Positions 9,125-18,839 are shown, counted from the stretch's first letter. The stretch: DNA of 40,004 bases from Candidatus Methanomethylicia archaeon (GCA_938030905.1 CALHIW010000075.1:1-40004), one strand, 5' to 3'. Made by a program: numbers and translations. Notes: generated by a model from the letters alone, not told the origin.

Positions 9125-10318
9125 ATGAAGGTTGAAGATATTAAAAATATTGCTGTTATTGGTTCTGGAACTATGGGTCATGGTATTGCTCAAATTGCTG
9201 CAACTGCCGGATATAATGTTACAATGGTTGATGTAAACAATGAGATTTTAGCTAGAGCTATTGAGAAGATAAAGTGGAGTCTTGAGAAACTTGCTGAGAA
9301 GAGAAGAATTAAACCCGAAGATGTATCTCTTATTCTTTCACGTATTAAAACAACAACAAGACTAGAAGATGCTGCTGAAAGTGCTGATGTAGCTATAGAA
9401 GCAATACCTGAAAAAATTGAGTTAAAAAAAGAGCTCTTTGCTAGGCTTGACCAGTTAGCTTCTAAACATGCCATCCTAGCAACCAATACTTCAAGTTTAA
9501 GCATTACTGAAATATCGAGATCTACAAGTAGACCAGATAAAATTGTTGGAATGCATTTCTTTAATCCACCACAGTTAATGTCGCTATGCGAAGTAATCAA
9601 GGGGCAGTTTACAAGTGATGAAACTTTGAGCATTACTGCTGAACTTGCTAAAAAAATGGGTAAAACTGTTATTATATGTAAAAAGGATGTTAGAGGTTTT
9701 ATAGTGAATAGGGTTCTTGGAGCAGTATTTAATGAAGTATTTTGGACTGTATATCGAAAGGAATCTACAATAGAGGAAGTTGATGCATCAGTTAAGTATA
9801 AGGCAGGTTTTCCAATGGGTATATTTGAACTTGCTGACTATGTAGGGCTTGATGTACTAGCAAACGTTGCAAAAGTTATGTATGAAGCATATGGTGAAAG
9901 AATGAAGCCATGCCCATTAGCTACATCTCTACTAAATGAAGGTAAACTTGGTCAAAAAACCAGTCAAGGCTTTTACGACTGGTCAATAGGTAGGCCAAGA
10001 ATAAAGTTCACACTTGCAGGAAAATATGATATAAATAGAGTGTATACTGTAGCAGTTAATGAGGCTGCCTGGCTAATACATGAAGATGTTGCAGATCCAG
10101 TAGATATAGATACCGGTATGAAGCTTGGTGCTGGCTGGCCTTCAGGACCATGCGAATTAGGAGATAGATTAGGCCTAGATGTAGTGCTAGGTAAATTAAG
10201 GGATATGTACTCAAAATATGGTGAGGAAATGTATAGGCCATGTCCTCTTCTTGAAGACTATGTTGGTAAGGGTAGACTCGGCAAGAAAACTGGTCAAGGA
10301 TTTTACATCTATAAATAG
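9125..10318 (+). CDS. 3-hydroxyacyl-CoA dehydrogenase (NAD-binding, duplicated C-terminal domain)
   Basis: Rossmann motif IAVIGSGTMGHGIAQ, and ..NTSSLSITE..HFFNPP... Two successive C-terminal repeats end in GKLGQKTSQGFYDWS and GRLGKKTGQGFYIYK. Confidence 0.88.
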   Translation: MKVEDIKNIAVIGSGTMGHGIAQIAATAGYNVTMVDVNNEILARAIEKIKWSLEKLAEKRRIKPEDVSLILSRIKTTTRLEDAAESADVAIEAIPEKIELKKELFARLDQLASKHAILATNTSSLSITEISRSTSRPDKIVGMHFFNPPQLMSLCEVIKGQFTSDETLSITAELAKKMGKTVIICKKDVRGFIVNRVLGAVFNEVFWTVYRKESTIEEVDASVKYKAGFPMGIFELADYVGLDVLANVAKVMYEAYGERMKPCPLATSLLNEGKLGQKTSQGFYDWSIGRPRIKFTLAGKYDINRVYTVAVNEAAWLIHEDVADPVDIDTGMKLGAGWPSGPCELGDRLGLDVVLGKLRDMYSKYGEEMYRPCPLLEDYVGKGRLGKKTGQGFYIYK

Positions 10319-10327
10319 GTAGGTGTT

Positions 10328-11122
10328 ATGTCTGAAGCAAGAAGGTTTGAAAATATAATTGTGAGGAAGGAGGATAAGATAGGTTGGATAGTGCTTAATA
10401 GGCCGCATAGGCTAAACGCTATGACTATAGAGTTGCTAAATGAGCTTTCAGCAGCTCTAGATGAGTTTGAAGCTGATGGAGATGTTAGATGCATAATTAT
10501 AACGGGTGCTGGTGAAAGAGCATTTAGTGTAGGTGCTGATGTAACATCATTTTCCAGCTTAACACCAATAACAGCTGTAGAAGCATCAAGTAAGGGGCAA
10601 GAAGTAATATCGAAGATAGAAAAAATTTCAAAGCCAGTTATAGCAGCTATAAATGGATATGCTTTAGGTGGTGGATTAGAACTAGCTCTTGCATGTGACT
10701 TTAGAATAGCTTCAGAAACAAGTCAGCTAGGTCAGCCTGAAATCAAGCTTGGAATTATTCCAGGATGGGGAGGAACACAAAGACTTCCGCGAATAGTTGG
10801 CTTAGCAAAAGCCAAAGAGCTAATAATGTTAGGTGATAGAATAGTTGCTGATGAAGCTTTAAGAATTGGATTAGTACATAAAGTTGTTCAGATAGATAAA
10901 TTTGAAGAGGAAGTTAAAGCATTTGCGAGGAAGCTTGCTGAGGGCCCACCAGTAGCATTAAAATGTGCTAAGTACGCATTAAATCTTAGCACTCAGACAT
11001 CGTTGGAGACCGGATTAAGAGTTGAAGCTGAGGCGTTTGGAATGGTAATGGCTTCAAAGGACGTGATTGAAGGTATAACTGCATTTTTTGAGAAAAGAAA
11101 ACCGGAGTTTAAGGGAGAGTAG
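10328..11122 (+). CDS. Enoyl-CoA hydratase (crotonase family)
   Basis: ..IIITGAGERAFSVGADV..AAINGYALGGGLELALACDFRIAS..GIIPGWGGTQRLPR.. are classic crotonase oxyanion-hole motifs. Confidence 0.9.
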   Translation: MSEARRFENIIVRKEDKIGWIVLNRPHRLNAMTIELLNELSAALDEFEADGDVRCIIITGAGERAFSVGADVTSFSSLTPITAVEASSKGQEVISKIEKISKPVIAAINGYALGGGLELALACDFRIASETSQLGQPEIKLGIIPGWGGTQRLPRIVGLAKAKELIMLGDRIVADEALRIGLVHKVVQIDKFEEEVKAFARKLAEGPPVALKCAKYALNLSTQTSLETGLRVEAEAFGMVMASKDVIEGITAFFEKRKPEFKGE

Positions 11123-11126
11123 AAAG

Positions 11127-12338
11127 CTAGCTTAACCCCAATAAATCTATTCCAAAAACTTTCTTTAAAAGCTGTCTTATAGTTATCATTCTTTGAATCT
11201 CATTAGTTCCCTCATAAATCTTCATGATTTCAGCATCACGTAGAAGCATATCCACATAGTTTTCAACAGCTACTCCATAGCCTGCATGAATATTTATTGT
11301 CTTTAAAGCAGCTCTCTCAGCTACCTCTGTTGCATATGCTTTAGCTATTGAGGCAACAAATATCGCCTCAGGTCTTCCTTGATCTGCTAAGTATGCTGCC
11401 CAATATGTTAAAAACCTTGCTGCAAGCAGTTCTGTAAGAATATCTGTAAGATAAAATTGTATTGCTTGATATGAAATTATTGGCTTCTCGAAAACATTAC
11501 GTTGAAGAGCATAGTTTAACGATTTTTCAAATGCATTTTGAGTAAGTCCAACAGCCTGTGCAGCTACACCTATTCTTCCATGATCATAAGTATCCATAAG
11601 TATCTTAAATCCCTCACCAATAGGTCCAAGTACATTTTCCTCAGGTACTTTAACATCATCAAATATAACTTCAGCAGTATGACTCGCCTTTAATCCAACC
11701 ATCTCCATTCTTGAAGCTGATACTCCTATCCAATCCCTCTCAACAATGAAACATGTAATACCCCTCCACCTCTCTCTTCTACTTGGTGGAGAACTTGTTC
11801 TAGCAGGTACAATATAGTAGTTAGCTATATCACCACTAGTTATGAACATTTTCCTGCCTGTAAGAACCCAATGATTATTAATCTTCTTTGCCGTGGTCTG
11901 TATTCCTGCCGGATCGCTTCCACCACTTGCTTCTGTTGATGCATGTGCAGCAAGTTTTTCGCCACTAGCAATTTGTGGAAGATATTTTTTCTTTTGCTCC
12001 TCAGTACCGTATTTCAGTATTGGGTATGTAAATAATCCATGAACTAAAAGATATGTTGAAAATGCAGGATATGCTCTACATAATTCTTCAGATAGTAAAA
12101 CCATCATTAAGGTATCTCCACCTTGCCCACCATATTTTATAGGTATATCAATTCCAAAAAATCCTTGTTGAGCCGCTTTTTCATGAAGATCTCTTGGAAT
12201 TGTTCTTGTCTTCTCCATTTCAGCAATTCTTGGAATAACTTCTCTTTCAACAAATTCTCTTACAGATTTTCTAAAAATCTCATGTTCAGGCTTAAATTCC
12301 AATTTAAAATCATTAATAGACAAAAAGGGTAAAACCAA
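11127..12338 (-). CDS. Acyl-CoA dehydrogenase
   Basis: 403 aa with ..EASGGSDP..FITSG.. and a C-terminal ..IYEGTNEIQRMI.. signature. Confidence 0.9.
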   Translation of the reverse strand: MVLPFLSINDFKLEFKPEHEIFRKSVREFVEREVIPRIAEMEKTRTIPRDLHEKAAQQGFFGIDIPIKYGGQGGDTLMMVLLSEELCRAYPAFSTYLLVHGLFTYPILKYGTEEQKKKYLPQIASGEKLAAHASTEASGGSDPAGIQTTAKKINNHWVLTGRKMFITSGDIANYYIVPARTSSPPSRRERWRGITCFIVERDWIGVSASRMEMVGLKASHTAEVIFDDVKVPEENVLGPIGEGFKILMDTYDHGRIGVAAQAVGLTQNAFEKSLNYALQRNVFEKPIISYQAIQFYLTDILTELLAARFLTYWAAYLADQGRPEAIFVASIAKAYATEVAERAALKTINIHAGYGVAVENYVDMLLRDAEIMKIYEGTNEIQRMITIRQLLKKVFGIDLLGLS

Positions 12339-12700
12339 TTAACCCACCTCTATGGTTAAATTTATAATTTAATTTAAACTTTATGGGTTAAAACATGCAT
12401 ATTCATCTTCCCTCATATTCGTTATGCTGTCCTTAATTTATAAATAAATACTTACGGTTTCATATTTTATGTGAATACCATAGTAATGAGGAGAATCTGA
12501 AATTAAGCTTAAGATACACTTGGTCCCTATTAATACCAACCAATTTTGCCAATTCATATCTAAGAAAAAGAATATCCTAATTAATAAACCTAGAAGCTAT
12601 TAGGAAAAGTTAAGTAAATATCTAATTAATTCCAGATTATAAATGAAATAGTTAAATGTTTTTAGAAAACTTTTATAGGGAGAAATGATTGAAATGAGAC

Positions 12701-13669
12701 ATGGTAGAACTGGAAATTGTTAAAAATATACTAAATGGTGACAAGAAAGCAATAGCCAAAGCAATATCAATTATAGAGAATCTTAAACCTGAAGCATGCA
12801 ATATACTTAAAGCATTAAGAGAATACTATGGAAAATCCCATATAGTAGGTGTAACCGGTCCTCTCGGAATCGGCAAAAGCACGCTCATAGATAAGTTGAT
12901 ATCAATATATAGAAAGTCAAGATGCAGTATTGCCGTTATAGCCATTGATCCTACAAGTCCCTTTACTGGTGGAGCCTTACTTGGTGATAGAGTTAGAATG
13001 CAGAAGCATAGTCTTGATGATGGAGTTTTTATTAGAAGTATGGCTACAAGGGGAGGATATGGTGGCATTGCAAGAGCATTAGGTCCAACTATTAGGATTC
13101 TTGAGGCAGCAGGTTTTAATACTATAATAATTGAAAGTGTGGGTGCTGGGCAGCTTGATGTGAATATAGCAAACTATTCACATACAGTCCTACTTGTACT
13201 TGGACCCATGCTTGGTGATGAAATTCAGTTTATGAAATCAGGTATAATGGAGGTTGCAGATATATATGTTATAAACAAATCAGATAATCCAAATGCTGAG
13301 TTAGTGAGCATGATGTTAGTAGAGCTTCTTAAGTATAGAAAACATGAAGGATGGATACCTCCAGTGGTGAAAACCATCGGCTTAACCGGAATGGGAGTGG
13401 AGGAGCTCTACCGCCAAATATTGATCCATAAGGATTTTCTCCATAAAACGGATACTTTTACAAAACTTAGTAGAAAACGCTTTATGTCTGAGCTCGCAGA
13501 TAATGTTCTATATGAGTTAAACACGATTATTAAAGAGAAGCTATATAGAGACTTAGAGATTGAAAAAATAATAGAATCGTATATGAGATTTGAAATAACA
13601 TCATATAATGCAGCTAAGCAAATTATTAGACTCATACCAAAAATACTTCATTCATCTATAAATCTTTAA
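12701..13669 (+). CDS. meaB: Methylmalonyl-CoA mutase-associated G-protein chaperone (MeaB/ArgK)
   Basis: P-loop GVTGPLGIGKSTLI, ..GGALLGDRVRM.., and NKSD (NKxD). Size is ~320 aa and the gene is close to both MCM subunits. Confidence 0.88.
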   Translation: MVELEIVKNILNGDKKAIAKAISIIENLKPEACNILKALREYYGKSHIVGVTGPLGIGKSTLIDKLISIYRKSRCSIAVIAIDPTSPFTGGALLGDRVRMQKHSLDDGVFIRSMATRGGYGGIARALGPTIRILEAAGFNTIIIESVGAGQLDVNIANYSHTVLLVLGPMLGDEIQFMKSGIMEVADIYVINKSDNPNAELVSMMLVELLKYRKHEGWIPPVVKTIGLTGMGVEELYRQILIHKDFLHKTDTFTKLSRKRFMSELADNVLYELNTIIKEKLYRDLEIEKIIESYMRFEITSYNAAKQIIRLIPKILHSSINL

Positions 13670-13739
13670 TATAATAGATGTCAATTTGCTACTGAATTAT
13701 AGTTAACTTAAAACTATATATTACCAGTAAAATACCTAA

Positions 13740-14110
13740 TGATGTCTAATCTACTCCGAATATTTTACGAGTCTATTCAGGATTGCATATTTAATTAAGG
13801 TTTTACGCCATCTCTTTTAGCCTTCTTAAAAGTGGAAAAGCCCCCTGTTTGTGGAGAGAGGGCGTTACGTAGTATTGTTATGGCGTCTACTTATACCTAT
13901 CAGTCTTCGCTGAGAGGCTTAAGTAGCTCCAACCTCTTTGCTAAGAGGTGTTAGATAACTGTCTTGTTCTGGATCCAGATCCAGACAGCTTCTTAGAAGG
14001 CTTATTTAACCCGAAAGAGCTTGTGGATTAGGTTTGGATTCATGGTGAAGCTTAGCGGTTTTGATAGCTGCGACTCCATGAAGGGTCTATCTTATGCCTA
14101 GAGGCTATGA
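13740..14110 (+). pseudogene. Remnant of a repeated element, possibly the 3' end of an IS200/IS605-type tnpB (orfB)
   Basis: No ORF >=60 aa. One frame reads ..VEKPPVCGERALRS..YTYQSSLRGLSSSNLFAKRC*, which is Zn-finger/RuvC-III-like but only weakly so. Nucleotide-level similarity to 35936-36039 (minus strand): TAGAAGG..TTTAA..GAA.GAGCT..GGTGAAGCYTAG..GACTCCATGRAG. Confidence 0.3.
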
Positions 14111-14821
14111 GTATCAGCATGGGTTCACAGTCTATTTGTTTCTGAGGAGATTTAAGTTGGAGAGTAATATTCACATAGATGAAATAGGCATAGTATCATG
14201 ACTGCGAGCTAGGCTAGACTTATGGTAATAAGTCTAAAGGAAGGTGACTGATGCATGGTAGAGGATTACTGATACAATTAAGGACTGCCTAAAATTCTTT
14301 AATGTTCACCTCCCATGTCAATTCTCGAGAGAGGCATATAATGAACTTCCTAAGCTTATACAAGCTCTACTACAACAGTCTCAGACACAGCTAGCTCTAA
14401 TAGGGCTTCTAATACCCATAGTGAATGAGATATAATGACTTGAGCTAAAAATCATCAAGGAGGTGTCCTATGCCTTTAACTAAACAAGTTCCCATTTAGG
14501 ATGTATGGCTATTCTTTATTTACAAATCTATCCGTACATCCCCATTATCAGAATTATTGTTTTATAGCTTCATCATTAGTCAAGAACTTTTATTTAATCT
14601 GTAATGGGCCTAATTCCTTAACAATGAACCTCATAAAATACTCTAATACTCTGATTAAAGCTTAAAAATAGGGGTATATTGATTGGAGCTTTTAACACTT
14701 TGTATAAGGACTTTTAAAGCTAAGCTGGATGAATAATTATGGGTATTGATTAATAAGTCTTTGGACAAGTAAATTTATGATATGTATGATCTACAGCTCT
14801 AAAGTATTATGTGGTTGTGAA

Positions 14822-15223
14822 TTACTCGGCTTTATGTATTATTTGCTTTATGAATTTAGCTATATCTGCTATAGGTGTTCCCGGGAGGAAAACCTCCTTT
14901 ACGCCATGATCTTTCAGAAATTTAATATCCTCAAGTGGAATGGTACCCCCAACTACTACTATAACATTATTAATTCCTCTTTCTTTTAGAATTCTTAAAA
15001 CCTCTGGCACTAAAACATCATGTGCTCCCGAGAGAATACTTAAACCTATTACATCAACATCCTCCTGAATAGCTGTTTCAACTATTTGTTCAGGTGTATT
15101 CCATAATCCAGCATATATAACTTCCATTCCTTCTTCTGCAAGTCCCCTAGCTACAACTTTAGCTCCTCTATCATGTCCATTAAGTCCCGGCTTGGCTATA
15201 AGTACCCTAACTTTCTTCTCCAT
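14822..15223 (-). CDS. Methylmalonyl-CoA mutase, small (B12-binding) subunit
   Basis: MEKKVRVLIAKPGLNGHDRGAKVVARGL.. carries the DxHxxG-type cobalamin-binding motif. I place the start at ATG 15223, not 15277. A GGTGG lies 6 nt upstream, and this start removes the overlap with the large-subunit stop at 15234. Confidence 0.88.
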   Translation of the reverse strand: MEKKVRVLIAKPGLNGHDRGAKVVARGLAEEGMEVIYAGLWNTPEQIVETAIQEDVDVIGLSILSGAHDVLVPEVLRILKERGINNVIVVVGGTIPLEDIKFLKDHGVKEVFLPGTPIADIAKFIKQIIHKAE

Positions 15224-15233
15224 GTTGTTCCAC

Positions 15234-16904
15234 CTAGAAGATTGCTGGTTCGCGATATTTTCCATAAACCTCTTCAAATACGTACATAACCTCTCCTAGT
15301 GTTGCTTTAGCTTTAACAGCTTCAAATACTACTGGGAATAAATGATCATTTTTCTCAGCTGTTTTTCTTAGTTTATCCAGTATATAATTGACTTTTTGCT
15401 GATCTCTATTTCTTCTAAATTCATTCAAAAGTTTTCTCCTCTCATCTTCAAGTTCCAGAGGTACTTTTAAAGGTTTAAAATCATACTTTAGCTCAGCTGG
15501 TTGAAGTATGTTAACCCCAACTTTTTCTATTTCCTTTTTCTCTATTTTTCTTCTATACTCATTTGCTGATTTCGCAATTTCAATAAGGAAGTAGCCATTC
15601 TTTATGCATTCTACAACCCCACCCATTCTTTCTATTCTTTCTATTTCACTCCATGCTCTTTCCTCCATTTCGTTTGTTAGCCACTCTATATAGTATGAGC
15701 CTCCTAATGGATCAATCACATCAGCTACACCGGTTTCATGTGCTATAATACGTTGGGTAAGAGTTGCTATTTTAGCTGCTTTCTCAGTAGGAACGCAAAT
15801 TGCTTCATCAAATGAGTTTGTATGAAGTGACTGTGTTCCTCCCAAAATTGCAGCCAGAGCCTGTATTGCTACCCTAACAATGTTAAGCTCTGGGTATTGG
15901 TATGTTAATGTATGGCCTGCTGTCTGTGTATGAAATCTAAGAATCCACGCTCTAGGTTTCACTACATTAAATCTTTCACGCATAATTTTAGCCCACATAC
16001 GTCTAGCAGCTCTAAACTTCGCTATTTCTTCAAAGAAGTTATCTCCACATGCAAAGAAAAAGGAAAATGTTGATGCAACATCATCGATATTTAGTCTGGC
16101 TTCTATGCACTTTTCAATATAGGTTATGCCATTCATTATTGTCCATGCAAGCTCTTGAATAGGTGTTGCCCCAGCCTCTCTTATATGATAGCCACTTACA
16201 CTGATTGGATGCCACCTAGGAGCATTCTTAACGCAGAATTTTATAATATCAATAACGATATTAATATGTGGCTCAGGAGGAAATCTGTATGATTTTTGAC
16301 CTATAAACTCCTTAAGCATATCGTTTTGTGTTGTACCACTAACATCAGTTAAAGAGTAGCCTTGAGCTTCAGCTAGAGCAAAATGACATGCAAGAACATA
16401 TATTGCCGGAGTGTTTATAGTGTAGTTTACAGTAACCTTACCAATAGGTATTCCACTCCAAAGATCCTCCATGTCTTTAATGCATGAGACGGAAACACCA
16501 CACCTACCAACCTCTCCTCTTGCTAATGGATCATCTGAATCATATCCTAAAAGTGTTGGGTAGTCGAAGGCACAGCTTAACCCTGTCTCACCATGGGCTA
16601 TTAGATCCTTCCATCTAGAATTTGTTTCTATTGGGCTTCCAAATCCAGAAAACATTCTAATGGTCCAGAGTTTACCGCGATACATGGTTTCATAAATACC
16701 TCTTGTAAATGGATAATGACCTGGATCCCCTAGGTCCTTTTCATAACTTAGATTTTTAATATCTTCAGGTTTATAGAACTGTTTAACTCCAATACCTGAA
16801 AGTGTCTCAAACCTATTTTTTCTTTCAAGCCCCTTCCTAGCTCTTTCTCTTTCTTTTCTCTCCAGCTCGATTTGTTTTAATACCATATTGTTTATGGAAC
16901 TCAT
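15234..16904 (-). CDS. Methylmalonyl-CoA mutase, large (catalytic) subunit
   Basis: 556 aa with ..YPFTRGIY..MYRGKLWTIRMFSGFG..RFHTQTAG..SLHTNSFDEA.., typical of archaeal split MCM alpha chains. Confidence 0.9.
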   Translation of the reverse strand: MSSINNMVLKQIELERKERERARKGLERKNRFETLSGIGVKQFYKPEDIKNLSYEKDLGDPGHYPFTRGIYETMYRGKLWTIRMFSGFGSPIETNSRWKDLIAHGETGLSCAFDYPTLLGYDSDDPLARGEVGRCGVSVSCIKDMEDLWSGIPIGKVTVNYTINTPAIYVLACHFALAEAQGYSLTDVSGTTQNDMLKEFIGQKSYRFPPEPHINIVIDIIKFCVKNAPRWHPISVSGYHIREAGATPIQELAWTIMNGITYIEKCIEARLNIDDVASTFSFFFACGDNFFEEIAKFRAARRMWAKIMRERFNVVKPRAWILRFHTQTAGHTLTYQYPELNIVRVAIQALAAILGGTQSLHTNSFDEAICVPTEKAAKIATLTQRIIAHETGVADVIDPLGGSYYIEWLTNEMEERAWSEIERIERMGGVVECIKNGYFLIEIAKSANEYRRKIEKKEIEKVGVNILQPAELKYDFKPLKVPLELEDERRKLLNEFRRNRDQQKVNYILDKLRKTAEKNDHLFPVVFEAVKAKATLGEVMYVFEEVYGKYREPAIF

Positions 16905-17039
16905 GAATTAAAGTGTAATTGTAAATACTTAAAATTTTTGCTTTGTAGTTTAATTAATTCTCTATTTTTAATTGAGATATCTATAATTACCTAATTAGAT
17001 GTGTTTGGCGATTTTTTATTTCTACTATGGTACTTAGAA

Positions 17040-17140
17040 CCCTCCTTCTTCGGCTAGGTGAAGTCTCCTATGGACTGTGAAGGCTGATGCGCAAAGTTAT
17101 AGGTTGGACTTAGTACGCTCTATGGACTCTCATGAAGATC
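17040..17140 (+). repeat. Diverged copy of the dispersed repeat core
   Basis: ggtgaagtct (17057-17066) and ggactctcatgaag (17124-17137) parallel ggtgaagcttag / gactccatgaag at 14044-14083. Confidence 0.3.
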
Positions 17141-17899
17141 AAGAATTCTCCCTTATACCTGTTCACGTGGTTTCTCCTGAACGTACTCTCCTATGAAATG
17201 GTTTGCAGCTTCATGCTGAAACCTGTCCCTATTAGGGCATAAACGTGAGGGATAATCGTCGCTGTAGATGTTTTCTGAAATTTACATATTTCTTAACAAC
17301 CTCTAAAACAGTATCGGTCTTGGCATCATATCCAGCCTTCGAGAGCCTTTATGGCTTAGCTATCACCTTCCTCTCTGGATCATCTTGAGAATCAGCCTCC
17401 CTAATTATAACTGAAATGTTGTGATAAGACTTTAAGTATAAGTAGGCTATGAAAATTCAATTCCTAGTGGCATCTTACCATCTTCCAAATTTATTTCATT
17501 AAGATCATTGAAGAAAGTCCCTTACTCCCTGTATAAGTACTCATAGTGTCTTCTTAAACTCTATCTCCACTTGTGATGTCTTCAGAATCATAGTCTAGAC
17601 GGTGAAGCCGGTCTTGAAGTACTCATCACGAATCATACAAACTATAATCTCATTTGTTAGCCCGTGATTCAAAGCAACTAGAGATATAAGGGGATCCAAG
17701 AGCTAAGAAGATGAAGGAGTAAATAAACGTGCATGGTGTTTCACATCATTAAAAATCATGAAAGTCTTTCATATCAAATACAACAACTTCAATTAAAAAG
17801 AACAAATTAATTTTTCTATTTATCATTTTTGTTTATGGATTAGAAGAGTTTGATGAACGTCTAATTAGACGTAATTAAACTCTTTCAAGTCTGAACTTT

Positions 17900-18330
17900 C
17901 TTAATGGTTACGAATGTGATTCAGAAATGCTTCAGCATTAATCATAGTGTCTGTAAGCATAGGAGAATTATTGAAGGCATTCATGGATGAGATACTCAAC
18001 AGGCTGGAACCATAAGCCTCTAATAAGGATGCATATAAAGCCTAATTATCAAGCCTGATGTAATGCCAGAGTAAATGAAACTCCATGAAAGGTGAATAGT
18101 AGACTGGTCAAGATTTTAGGCAGTAGGGAATGGAGTAAGGCTATTGGTTATAGGGTAAGATGAATTGCTGAAACAGTATTTTTAACCTTATAAACGCCCT
18201 ATATGAGGAATACTCATACCAAAAACATAGAAACATAGAAGAAGAATTCGTAGCCAGCATACATATACAATACACTAATAAACCTATAGAAAGCCTCAAG
18301 AAAGAAATCAGAGAATAGACCTAACAATAA
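17900..18330 (+). pseudogene. Decayed C-terminal part of an IS4/ISH3-like DDE transposase
   Basis: One frame from 18092 reads VNSRLVKILGSREWSKAIGYRVR*IAETVFLTL*TPYMRNTHTKNIET*KKNS*PAYIYNTLINL*. This is collinear with the ..W.K..GY..R..AET.FS..KR.FG..........E......YN.. C-terminal pattern of ISH3/IS4-type transposases, but with four in-frame stops. Confidence 0.35.
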
Positions 18331-18839
18331 AAATTGAACCATAAACAAAATTTTCCATAACATGGGAATTCATAATGCTTTACATCGGAGCAGTTTACTT
18401 GGATTACCTATTATGATTAATGCAACTTAGCATTCTATACTTAATGTAGAGGTTGAGTGTTAGTATTTTGAAATTTTCTATGTGAATTAGTGGATACTCA
18501 TAATAGTTATGCTATAGAAGCTTAATGTGGATTGATGGCTAGTTTGAGATTGTTAACTACTCTTCCCAGTATAAGTAATTAACAGTTACCAAATTAAACA
18601 TTTTGCAACTACCACCTAATTCTAAACCTAGTTATTAAGAGCTATCATTTAATAAGAGATAAGACAAAGATGAATTAGTCCATCCTTATAATGAGATTAC
18701 ACCATTACCATCAAACAAAATTTGAGTTATAACATCTACAAACCAATAGTTACAATATACCATTACCATAAATAAAGTTTAAATCTATAAGATGATAAGA
18801 ATAAAGGAAGTTTTCTATGCTGTTTTAATTAGAATACGA

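Noticed and set aside
9190-10494. Antisense or overlapping ORFs 9190..9633, 10056..10241, 10211..10408, 10309..10494
   Set aside because: They are embedded in the strongly supported 3-hydroxyacyl-CoA dehydrogenase and enoyl-CoA hydratase genes, and show no recognisable motifs.
12123-14989. ORFs 12123..12332, 12826..13068, 13408..13635, 14777..14989
   Set aside because: They are antisense to the acyl-CoA dehydrogenase, meaB and MCM small-subunit genes, with low-complexity or motif-free translations.
15224-15277. Longer 151-aa version of the MCM small subunit starting at 15277 and overlapping the large-subunit 3' end
   Set aside because: The extension (MKRFMENIANQQSSRWNN) is non-homologous-looking and overlaps the upstream gene. 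ATG 15223 has a GGTGG 6 nt upstream and begins with the expected MEKKVRVLIAKPG.. sequence.
17851-17894. Possible C/D-box sRNA (UGAUGA at 17851-17856 ... CUGA at 17891-17894), and a similar UGAUGA at 22828-22833
   Set aside because: No internal D'/C' boxes at the right spacing and no terminal stem. UGAUGA and CUGA are expected by chance in this much DNA.
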